A stretch of DNA of 64,000 nt from Setoptus koraiensis (lineage: Eukaryota; Animalia; Arthropoda). The position numbers and the translations under genes are program-made. Numbering within the stretch: position 1 is the first letter of the stretch; each line of letters opens with the position of its first letter. The DNA is taken from positions 22,940,001 to 23,004,000 of the forward strand of contig CM106586.1 in NCBI GenBank assembly GCA_048013815.1, written 5' to 3'. The notes beneath the pieces are model-generated. The model worked only from the letters and a program-made list of their open reading frames with translations, was not told the origin of the DNA and made no database searches. Of the stretch, positions 11,091-22,200 are shown piece after piece.

Positions 11091-12987
11091 CCAACGTTCT
11101 TCACCTGAAAGCACCATCTCAGGTAACAGACAGGTTTTTCGGAAAACCATGCGAGTTAATATAAAATCTTATTATGTCTATTTGCAAAGTCAGTCAGAAA
11201 ATGTTATGTGTCTTCGATTATTATTTGCACTTAGAATAAACTTCTGTGAAAGAAATCAAACTGGTTAATGAAGTTGAGACGATTCGTGTCAATCTTTTCG
11301 ACTTGAGCCCGATTCTTAATTATTGTTATCGTTTAAATCTGAAATCCTTTTGGTGACACTCTTGTTTGTGGACGTCCGTTCAGTTACTTCTTATACGACA
11401 CGTTCAGCGTAAAAAAAATGAGTAAAGATAAATTTTGAATGTATTCAGGTGTGGTTTGAACTGTAAAAATAATCTATTAATCAAATGAAAAGTGGATGAT
11501 ATTATTTGCAAATTTACATCACGAAACTACTTTGGACTATAATTGTTGTGAAATTTTGTTGATTCTCTATATAATAATATGACAGCAATACTTGAATGGA
11601 TAGGGATGGATGACGGGCACGTCGTGTCGTTACTGTTAGCTTGACTTTCAACTTTTGTTTGACATTATACATTATTGTAATTAAGATAATATTGAGAGCA
11701 TTTCTACTAGAGCGATGTAATTTAAGCAGAAATGTTCTCGTACTTTGGGAATGGATTATATAATAGAATCAATAAAAGATAGAGTGGCATGTCACGTCAA
11801 GGCAAGTTCAGGCAATCCTCATCCCTCTACTTTACATTTGGCTTGAAAGCAAATGACAAATAGCGGATTATAATAATAATTCGATGTATCTATAATTGAG
11901 CGTTACAGTACAAGTTCCGGGTGAGAACAATTGGTTCAGAATGAGACTGAGTCTGCTTGGGTTGCCTGATCTTTAGTCATGAGGTGAATCTTTACTAAGC
12001 ATCGTAAGTTGTTATAATGGTAACAGGTTGTAGTAGTGAGAGTCAGTCTTGTCTACAACAATTACCATGGATACTTATGTTTTTTCCATTCAACCTACTA
12101 CTGTATGGTACTGTATATCAGGTTTTGGCTGAAGCACAAAGCAACGTAATCGCAATCTCAATTGTTGAAAATTTGACAGTAGCAAGCCATCACTGCAATT
12201 GAAATTGAAAATTGGTTTTGTCATATAGAGAGAGAAAAGTGTTGTTGGTCCGGAGTTGTAGCCAACTTTACATCCAGATCACAACCAGCAATCTTGGTTA
12301 AACTTGATGATTTTCTAAAGAGAAAATTATAGTAATGAGTTCAATGGTCAGGAATAATCGTAACGGCGGAATATGTTGCATCGCTGCTGAATTATGCCCC
12401 ACGAAACTTATTCAAGTTGAAGAGTATTGCGGCTTTTTAGTGACATGATACAGTTGATTCCTTCCGATGATTGTTGTAATCTACCACAACAAAGCACCAC
12501 TACAACTGAAACTCGTCTGACATACGTCAGTTGGACTTAGAATTATACTCAAAATTTCACAGACTTTACTCAAGATGTCGTCGTTCACAAGGCTAATCGA
12601 AGAAAGAACACTCAGAATTGGGAGGAGAAGTTCATGATCTGCGAGTCTTTCTTTAGTGTCAAATAATGTAGTTTCAAATACTGAGATAGTGGATTGATCT
12701 GATAAAATTTGTCCGATGATCGATTTTTACGTAGAAACTTCTTATTGTACTAGACAGTGTAAAGAGGTGTGGTTTTCCGCCGATCGCAGAGCCAATTCCC
12801 AGTTAGAGTTTCGAAACTTTTAACTCGAAAATCTTGGACAATTTGTCAGTTATAAATCGGAAGGAATGTTCGGAAAGATAATTCATTCATTCTCGACCAA
12901 CTTCAGTCAACATCTATCAAAAGTATACAAACAGGTTCATAAATCAATCATATTCAAGAATATCAAGACTAATAAATCAATATCAAG

Positions 12988-13328
12988 ATGCGCGTAAGTT
13001 ATATTTTCCTCTGTTTGATTTATTGAGAAGTTACAAAAGTGAAAGAGAAGTTCCAACTGTCATCACAGCTTATACCTATAATCTTTGCTTATTTCATCTA
13101 TCTTCAAATATCATTTCGGAATCACAGGCCCTATATTTAACATGCACAATCTTGTTGGCCGCTATGCTGATGTTCGCCTCATATGACCAGGCCATGGCTG
13201 GACACAAAGGCCATGTACACATCAATGTATGGCGTGGTCCCTCAAAAGGACACAAAAAGCATAAATTCGCTCCATGGGGTTATTGGGCCAAGCTTCCAGC
13301 AGACCAAGGTAAACATCATCATGGATGA
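12988..13328 (+). CDS. Small secreted His/Lys-rich peptide, 68-aa precursor; exons 12988-12993 and 13128-13328
   Basis: ATG CGC|GTAAGT at 12988-12999 and acceptor ATCACAG| at 13127 join in phase 0. The product is MR-ALYLTCTILLAAMLMFASYDQAMA (signal-like) followed by GHKGHVHINVWRGPSKGHKKHKFAPWGYWAKLPADQGKHHHG. Confidence 0.75.
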
Positions 13329-13512
13329 TGAGGATGTTAAAAATTAACCAGAAAATATTTTGCCTGTTCACAGTGTGAAATATCTTCAACACGAAAAGAC
13401 ATAATATATATTGCAATGCGAGAAAAAGGATAAGGCCTGAATTTCACCCCTCAGTAAAAATATAAATATGTATTTCCAAAATAAATCCATTCACGATAGA
13501 CTGTGCGATTGT

Positions 13513-14307
13513 CTATATTCTTTTTCCTCCTCTGCCGACGCGATATTTCCTTTTCTTTTTTGCGTCATTGGTCTTTTTCTTTCTCTTCTTGGAGGGTGCC
13601 TGTAACCTAATAAAGTTGTCTTCTTCATATTGCAAACGTTCTTTATCCACTTTCTCCGTTCTATCTTCGATCTCAATAGGCATGTCGTCCATCTCCCGTT
13701 GCAGATCTTCCATCAATGCTTTATTTAATTTGCTACGATTCTTTTTAACTTTCTTTTCCTCGTGAGCGTCTTCTTCATAAGGCATGGATCGCAATTTAGG
13801 CGGCTTGTATGCACCCGTGCCTCTGCTGTTTTGCACAACATTTGAGGTAAGATCGTCATCGCTGAATTCTTCATCGTCTTGTTCATCCTCTTGATCCTCC
13901 TGCTCTGTTTCGCTGTTTTCGACCTCGCCAGTAAGATCTTCTTCTCCGTCTATTTCGATATTGTCCAAGTTGACACGATGATCAGTTGGTGCGTCTGATG
14001 TGGTAGTGCTGATGAGTTTGTTTATTTGATAACTTAATTTCTGGTCAATAGTTTTGATTTTCTCTATTGTGAGGCGCAACTCTACACTCCGTTCTATGCT
14101 TGGGTTGTCTTCAATCGAATTACCTTTGACTTTGTTCAGTATGATGTTGCAAACTTCTATCATATATGAAACAAGGGCGTCATTCTTCATATCAAGGAAT
14201 GATATTCCATCTTTGAAATCGTCTCCTGTGCTAATTTCACCTAGCAAGGTCTTAAACAGATCTTTTGTTGATTTGGAATACCTATGGACATCCTCTAATT
14301 CCGTCAT
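13513..14307 (-). CDS. NGDN: Neuroguidin (Sas10/Utp3/C1D family, SSU processome), intronless
   Basis: 'DGISFLDMKNDALVSY', 'RLTIEKIKTIDQKLSYQINKL', 'YKPPKL..MPYEED', 'YEEDNFIRL' and a basic tail. Confidence 0.88.
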   Translation of the reverse strand: MTELEDVHRYSKSTKDLFKTLLGEISTGDDFKDGISFLDMKNDALVSYMIEVCNIILNKVKGNSIEDNPSIERSVELRLTIEKIKTIDQKLSYQINKLISTTTSDAPTDHRVNLDNIEIDGEEDLTGEVENSETEQEDQEDEQDDEEFSDDDLTSNVVQNSRGTGAYKPPKLRSMPYEEDAHEEKKVKKNRSKLNKALMEDLQREMDDMPIEIEDRTEKVDKERLQYEEDNFIRLQAPSKKRKKKTNDAKKKRKYRVGRGGKRI

Positions 14308-14437
14308 TTTTGAGCATCAATAATTAATAATGTACCGTTCGTTACTACAACCTGAAACGTAAATGACAATAGAAGCACGTGTTACAGCTTCGATAACTAT
14401 CGCAGCAAACCAAACTGACATGCAGTTAGCATGTTCA

Positions 14438-14451
14438 GCGGGAAATTCGAA
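14438..14451 (+). promoter_or_regulatory. Putative E2F site plus CHR-like element in the Ngdn promoter
   Basis: GCGGG-AAA-TTCGAA (reverse complement contains TTTCCCGC), about 130 bp upstream of the Ngdn ATG. A CGATA-AC-TATCG inverted pair lies near 14392-14403. Confidence 0.4.
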
Positions 14452-14623
14452 CTCGCTTCAACAAAAAAAAGTTTCCTATACTAGTTCTATGATCTATGTA
14501 AAAAAAAGGTTTAGCGAAAATTTATTGTGACTGGATAACGAAATAGATCTTGATATTGATAGGAACGTTCACATCAAAAAAAGAAAAATCGAGTGTTGGA
14601 GTTGAGTGTACAAGTTGTTCAAC

Positions 14624-15493
14624 TCAAATGTACCTAAAGCGAGGCAAAGTTTGGTTCAAATTGTTGTAATCAACAAAGTGAAAGTGATTCGGTGTTGCCT
14701 GTCCTGGGCGGCGACATTTATCACACTCTGGCATGATAGTTGCATTGTAAGATGCTGCCAGTCCGCTAACCGGAGTATTAATGTACTCCGGCGAGTAGAT
14801 ATGACGGTGATCCGTAAAATGTTGACCCGGTAAAGAATAAATATATCCAACTCCATTTGTGTATGGTTGATATTGATGAAGATTGCCACCGAACTGGTTA
14901 GTACCTCCATTGTAAGCTCCTGAAACAAGAGTGGTGGGACCATCATTACTATATGATAGAGCATGATCATAAAAAAGAATCACATTTTCTGGACTGTTGA
15001 ACAAGTGCGAGTACGTGTGTCGCCCGTTGACGAACGGTGTTAGGCACGACGGATAATCGCCGATCGCCACCACTGAGGGTGATGCTGGCGCAATCACAGG
15101 GGTTGGTGATGACGCAATCACCGGAGTTGGTGGTGGCGCAATCACCGGATTTGGTGGTGGCACAATCACCGGATTTGGTGGTGGCGCAATCACCGGATTT
15201 GGTGGTGGCGCATTTTCTAGAATGGGCTGCTGTTGCTGGCCCCGTTTGCCTCTAGAGTTAAAGGTAGTTATGGTTGCAACTGTCTCTTGATGACCATTTT
15301 TAGATGGTTCAATAGGCCCTTGGTCGCTGCCATCGTCTTCTAATGGATAGTAGGTGTACTGTGGAATAGGCGAGACCTCTGACGAAAAATTGACATCATA
15401 GTTGTTCCTGTGTTCCTTTTCTCCTAAAATTGGCTGTCCGATAATTGTGTTTCTGGGCGAGTCTTTGTGGTGCCACATTACAATATTGTCCAT
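14624..15493 (-). CDS. Uncharacterised Pro/Tyr/Asn/Gly-rich protein (289 aa) with internal PPPNPVIA repeats
   Basis: ATG-started 870-nt ORF in an AT-rich genome, with an in-frame 24-bp repeat. No family recognised. Confidence 0.6.
   Translation of the reverse strand: MDNIVMWHHKDSPRNTIIGQPILGEKEHRNNYDVNFSSEVSPIPQYTYYPLEDDGSDQGPIEPSKNGHQETVATITTFNSRGKRGQQQQPILENAPPPNPVIAPPPNPVIVPPPNPVIAPPPTPVIASSPTPVIAPASPSVVAIGDYPSCLTPFVNGRHTYSHLFNSPENVILFYDHALSYSNDGPTTLVSGAYNGGTNQFGGNLHQYQPYTNGVGYIYSLPGQHFTDHRHIYSPEYINTPVSGLAASYNATIMPECDKCRRPGQATPNHFHFVDYNNLNQTLPRFRYI
15087..15212 (-). repeat. Coding tandem repeat, about 5 x 24 bp (PPPNPVIA)
   Basis: The plus-strand unit ggcgcaatcaccggatttggtggt is repeated with few substitutions. 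Confidence 0.9.
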
Positions 15494-16003
15494 TTTTAAC
15501 TCGGCTTAAGCGTATGACCTCTCTCTCTCTCAGTTTCCGTATATTTGCCGTTAAATATTTACAAATTTTCTATTTCTAAAAAATGTTAAAAAATGTGAAC
15601 TTATCTGCGATTATATTTAAAAAGATATTGCATTAATTGCGGGTATAGTAACTAATGTTCAAGAGAATTTGATTAGTGAAAATTTGATTGTAAAACAATG
15701 GTTTGTTACACAGTTCGAACTGTTTTAGTTAACCAGTTGTGTATTCAATGGTGTAACACTGTGCGTCCAAGTGTGCTGCTCGATTTGCATGTTAAGCGTT
15801 CGTTCGCTTTTTTAGGTTCGCTCGCAAGAGTTGGATCACCTATATGCTAGTTCCGTCGTGGTGCCCCCAACGGTGTCTGTCTGCGCATTTGGACCTATAT
15901 ATGAACACGCAACCATTTTGCCTCATAGGACGCGCAGACGCTTACTCATTAAAACGCGCACGCATGGATCCAGATCTTGTAAGACCACAATGTTGTCGCG
16001 ATC

Positions 16004-16015
16004 TTGGCGCGAAAA
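16004..16015. promoter_or_regulatory. Putative E2F site
   Basis: TTGGCGCGAAAA (reverse complement TTTTCGCGCCAA) in a CpG-rich patch about 510 bp upstream of the orphan ORF start. Confidence 0.35.
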
Positions 16016-16265
16016 ATTAATCATTCTCGTCAAATAATTCAAACGCTTAGACCGCTTGCAAACCAACCAGCATCGAGTCTACGGTGCACGAACGAACAAA
16101 AAATAGCACATACCAAATGATTGATTAAAACAAAAGCATAGTTAGGAAAACATTAACATCTATTTAATTAATTAAAGAAATATATTCACAAAATATAACA
16201 GTATACAGAAACGTAACAGTAAATATGGCAGTTTAGTTAGGCGATTAGTTGGTATGTTGAGAATG

Positions 16266-19200
16266 TTAAGTTATCTCCACCTGGTCAAACCAAGTTAAAG
16301 TCTTCTTCGAGTTACCAACACCATTATGATGCTGTTGTGTCGCTGAGGTGTTGTGATGTGTTGCGTTGCTATCATGATAGTGATGTTCACCCATGTAAAT
16401 ATTATCATAATCTTCACTATTACAGTCTACGTTATAATCGTCGGCTATTTGTAACGAAGCCGAATTATCGTCGTTATATACAGTGGCATCGGAGACAAAA
16501 CTTGAATTGTAATTACGGCTATCTCTATTAGAAGTGACTTGATTTAATTGATAAGATTTATGCTGTTTGCCTGATACTCTTTGATCTTTGGTATTTGTAT
16601 TCGTTCGGCGCTTATCACTCTCGGTATTGTATTGTTGCTGATGATTATGATGGTAATGATGACGATCGTGGGCCGTTTTCGGAACACCGTTCTTGAGTGC
16701 CTTTTCTTTCTTATTATGCACATTCAATGCCGATTCAGGTAGTGAATTGTTTGGTTGATTGAAATTGTTATTTACCTGCAATTGATAGTATTGATCGTTA
16801 GTATCGTCTAGGTCATAATAATAAAAGTAATCATCTTCTTCTCCTTGCATTAGTTTGTGATCGTCTTCCTCTGGAATATATTCATCAATGACTGTCTTGT
16901 TGTTATGATCTCTTTTGAAAGTGCCATCTGAAGTGTATTTGCCTTGTTGATTGCCGCTTGAAGATTTCGTCCTACATGATGATCTCCGAATGGAGCTATG
17001 CTGTTGGTGTCTCTGTTGTTGTTGATTATTGTCAGCTCTATTCAATGACAGTGTCGATGATCGGCCTCTTACTCTACTTCTTTGATTGCAATTCCGAATA
17101 CAATCATCACCTACTGTTTGCTCTCGATTGACATGACCATTCTTCATGTAAGATGTGTCAATGAAATCCTCCAAATCCTTCCTATCAGTTGTTCTGTTTG
17201 TAATGATAGGTTCTGGAAATTCAGCATAACGCCACGGCGTTACTCTGTGATGATTATCTACTGCCGTCTTACTACTGTTGCCACCACTATTATTACAGCC
17301 GCTATTCCTTTTATGATCAAGAATTTGTACTTTTCCACTCGTGCCGGCCTGACAGGAAGGGCCGACCATTTTAGATGAGTATGGCGAGATATTACAGTCG
17401 CTATTATCAACATATTGATGTTTGGCTATACGACTGAGAGACCGTAATCGTTGACTGTCTAACACAGTATCATTATCTGGAGAGCAATCTCTCAGATCTA
17501 TATTCGAACTTGACTTTATACTATTGGATGTCATGTTGTTATATGATTGTTTGGTTGGCGGAGAATCTTTTGGCGGTTTTCTCAAAATTGATGCCGTATT
17601 CAGTTGATTTACACAGTTCGGATTGGTATTCTTGTTGTTTGTTAACAATACGGAGGGAGAATTAGATTGCATGGATTCATAGCCACGATCTACAGAAGTT
17701 GCAGGGGAGACATTTTTTGGTGGAAGAGTGCTGGAGCAATCTCGATTTATAAGTTGATTTGAAAATATCTGAGGTGCAAACTGCGCTGTTGATCTCACAT
17801 GGTATATAGTGTGAGTGGTGGCGGGTATCATTTTCTTGCACATTATTGTGCGTGATTCATTGCAGTCTATGGTTTCCAATTGATGAGAAACGGAATTCTT
17901 TTGTAGTTTCAAATGTGTGGGGTGCTGGGGTCGCTTAGATAACTCAGACGAAACATCCAAATCCGATCTATCCAAATTTATAGAGAAACTATCAGTTGTT
18001 TTGCCACTCTGTGGAGCTGCTTCTTTTGAGCTCAAGTTCGAGTGTTGATTAGCTCTAGAATTGTTATTGGTGAGATTTGTGATAGATTGTGGCGGCGGCG
18101 GTGGTGGTGGGGGCGGTGGTGGTTTTTTTGAGAGTTCCGGATCTCTAGTGGAGTCTTGGCTACTTTTTTTGCTCTGACGTAAAGTCGATGAATTGTAAAA
18201 CGATGCCGAGTCGAGTGACGATACATCACTAAATGTTCCCTGATCTATGTCAGCTTTCTCGATTGCGGCAGTAATTCTTTCAGACAATGTAGACGATGTT
18301 AGCGATGAAGTGGACGTCGATGACTTAATTAATAATGCGTGCTCTAACCCTTCAGACTTGTTCAAATCACAATTGTCGAGTACTGTAGTGTTGGCGCTGG
18401 GTTGCGACAATTGACCATTAACTGATACTAGAGTCGTAGTTTGTGGTAAATGGATTTTTGTTGACTGCTGGTCGGCTGCTGCTGCATCAAAACCATTGTT
18501 ATCGTTGTGATTAGATGAGGCGCTGATCACTTGTTTATCCGACGTGATTTCACAATTAGAGGAGTAATTTGAATCGGGTGACACCTTACTAGAGTTGTTG
18601 CTGTTCGATGTTGCTGATGTGCCGACAAATGTCGATGTTGAGTTGACTGCATAGTGATTGCTTGCTCTTGGACCTCCCATTGTAGGACTTGTTGACTCCA
18701 TTTTAGAGTAACGGGGACCAACGAAATTAGTGACGTGCAAATCTTTGCTGGCATCGAAATTATTAGCAGCATGATAGTCGTTGTGATGCTGGCGTGGCTT
18801 AATCATAATGGTATCATTGACTTGTCCACTAATTGAGTTAACAACCAATTGATTGGGCGGACTCACTGAATGAGTGCTCAATTCGCTATTCAAAGATTGA
18901 CCTTTTCCAATCGAATTGTTCAAATCAAGGGTAGTGTTGCTTTTTCCCTCACTCATCAAACTGGAAAATATTGATCCTACAGAAAGTTGGAGTTGGCCAA
19001 AAAAGCCTCTCTTCTCTAGAACATCTCTGTGGCTGTAAAGATTATCAATATTATCTTTGCGATAAATGTCTGACCGAGTTTTTGTAGAGGACGATAATTG
19101 ATTAACATTAGTGGCGAGATTTGAAGAGACGTTGCACATGGCACTAACAACCACTCCGCAAACACGGGTAGTGTTACCACCAATGTTAATGTTTTGTTGA

Positions 19201-22200
19201 GTAATATCATCATTATTGGAAGCAAATGCTGATGTGTCACCTCCACCTATACTTCCTTCAGATGAATCCTCGCTTGAATAGCCATAAGTTGCATTGTTGG
19301 CTCCGTATGTATGCAAATCAGAATTTATAGCGAACGCAGAGTGGAGATCTTTTGAGGTACTGGATGCTGTCATAGGTACCCTGTGATTTCTATCATGATT
19401 GATGCCACTAGGCGGAGAAGACCCGAATCTGAATGCCCGCGAAAATGATGAAATCAGACGGCTTCCTCCCTTTCTTATAGCCTTGACTCTCATAGCTAGA
19501 GTTATTAATATAATAAAAACAAGCAGGTGTAGCATAATTGCCGTAGATAGATTGACTAAAAACATGAGTCTTGTTTTTTCGGGCCCATCCATTGAAGTTG
19601 TGCTACTCGTGAGCTGATGGAAAAAGTCTCCTATCCTACTTCGAATTGAGCTCCCATCGTCAGCTTTACTAGAATTTTGCTCACTAGAACCTGTAGCTAA
19701 GTCTGGGTTAGTCTGTGATTTATTGACAGCAGCATTACTCATAATATTGTTATGCCTGCTCAAGGCTTCAATTGTGGAACTGGTCATAGTGATGAACTTA
19801 GCTCCAGCCTCATCTATGAGTAGTAAACTTGGTTGTTGGCTACGTTTCTGGGCCTCGTCGTTATCGCTGTCGCTAGATAAAGTAGAATTCGAAGGATCGC
19901 CATCATTTTTAGCAAGTACCTCTGGGTTGCCCACATTGTTGGAGCTTAGATCATGAATCAACCCAATGTCGGATTTATTTTTATTGTTAGAAAAGCCACC
20001 GGATCTTTTATCTGCTGGAACCATGATACTACTGACCAATTCATTACTAATTGGAGTAAAACTTTTTCCGTTCGATGATGGTAACAAGAAGGCTCCCATC
20101 TTATTAGTGGCAGATGAGCTGCGTGTGTCGCTGCCAAGGTACCCTATTTGCAGCGTGTCATCATTGAATATGTCATTTGTTGTTTTGTGCAAAACAAAAT
20201 TATCTATACTGACAATTCTGATGAGTATTTGAGCTGCTGATACTCTCGGACCGGGTGTTAGGCCATCGTCCGTTGCAGTGACTCTGAGTTTGAGATAGTT
20301 TAAATGAGAGAACTCGATTAGCAGTCTACTTAGCTGTTGTTGAGTTTTGTTTTGCAAACGCAAGTACAGCCTGCCTGATGAGCTTATTAATTTGAATAAA
20401 TTAGATTTGTCTCCCATTAAACCGAGCGTTATTTTGTCGTTTACATCACGATCATTGCAATATATCTGGCCAATTTCCATAAAGTATTCGCCATCCATCA
20501 TGATAGTTGCTGTCGGGCTATGTTTGGCCTTCATCGTCTGCATGTCAATCTCTGTTGATTTTGTAGTTGTTTGAGAACTTTGCTGATATTTACGATTATA
20601 ATCAGAGTTTGGTTCAAACATGGATATGAGATCACTGATTGAAATTTGAAAATAGTATTTGTCATGTGAGAACTCTGGATTGTTATCATTAATATCCAGA
20701 ATTTTTACATTCACTCTGGCAATATCACAATTGATTTTTGGGTATTGGTGATTATTGGTGTTACCATTATTATTACCATAATATTGTTGTTGACTAGTGG
20801 TAGAGATGACTTTGTTGCTATTATTATTATTGTTGTTACTATTATCATGCGTATATGTTGCAAGCACTCTCACTGATAAAAAGGTTACAAATTCATAATC
20901 TAGGCTCCGGTTAAGATATAGGCGTCCAGTTTGCTCATCCAGGCGAAAATAGCCACTGTCATTGTCCAATAATTGATAAGAAATATTGGGATCGTTTGGA
21001 CCAATCGTTTGAGCTGTATCGTCACCATTTTCTCTAGGTGGCGTCCTCGTTGTAGGATCTTCGTCATATTCGTCAATAAACGAGCCAATTGGATAAAATT
21101 TCGCCTTGAGGCTGATGAGAAGGCCAGACCCTAGTTTGGCCGACTCCGACAATTCTATAGTATAGTTAGATTTAGAAAATCTGAACGTTGTTGTTTTAGT
21201 TGCCTGTTGCGCAGCTTGTGATGAATAATAATTTTGACTAGTAGATGGCGTTGACAGGTATTTTGATTCTTGCAAACTCTGCGGGGCTACGGTTGCAGAG
21301 ACCGTTGTTGTTGTCGGAGTACCATGAAGTGGGGCTCTGGGAATAACATTTAATATCGTTATGCTAGATCTATCTGGATTATCGGTTTGTGTTGCCTTGA
21401 TCAGCAAACAAAATGGGGCCTGGTCTTGCAAAATAGACGGAGGCAACATCTTTCTCAGTGTCACCTTGCCAGAATCCGATTCTAAGTCAAAATGAACTGA
21501 CTGGTTTGTTTTGATGTGAAACGAATAGATTACGGGAGCTTGGATTGTCTTGTCACCGTCACGAGCCAGCAGTCTTCTTGGTTGCACATCAATTGGCTCG
21601 TTGGGTCGATTGCTGGCAATATAGGCATGATATTTGTCTTCATTGAAATAAGGCGGCAGGTCATCCTCGTCAAACAAATTAATAACAACATTTGTTATGG
21701 CCCAATTGGCTGGCTCCCCCTGATCTTTGGCCATGATCTTAAGAGTCAATTTTGACTGGGTCTCATAGTCTATGTGACTACTGTCGGTCAGTATGAGCGA
21801 TCTGGCATCTAATGGATTTAAGAATGTGAAACTAGACGACCATAAACAGCCATCAACCAATGAATATTCTATTGTTGACAATGGTCCATGTTGATCATGA
21901 TCAACGGCAAATATCTCATTGCTCGGCAAAACTGAACCCGGCGATATTGTTTCGTTCATATCTATTATGTAGGGAGTATTTAAAAATACTGGCCAGTTGT
22001 CGTTCTCGTCAGTAACTATTATGTGCACCGGAATCAAAATTGAGGGTGCCGGTTGCAACTTTTGATTTTGCTGTTGATGTAATCTATTACTACTTGTCGT
22101 TGTTACAGAATTGAAAGACTCATTCGACATTACATTAAAAGTGTGACTAGGCTGCCTCAGTTGACATTTTACATAGACCGTGAGTGAGGCCGATTGATGA

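Noticed and set aside
15087-15212. Regular 24-bp repeats resembling a CRISPR array
   Set aside because: There are no unique spacers; it is an in-frame coding tandem repeat in eukaryotic DNA.
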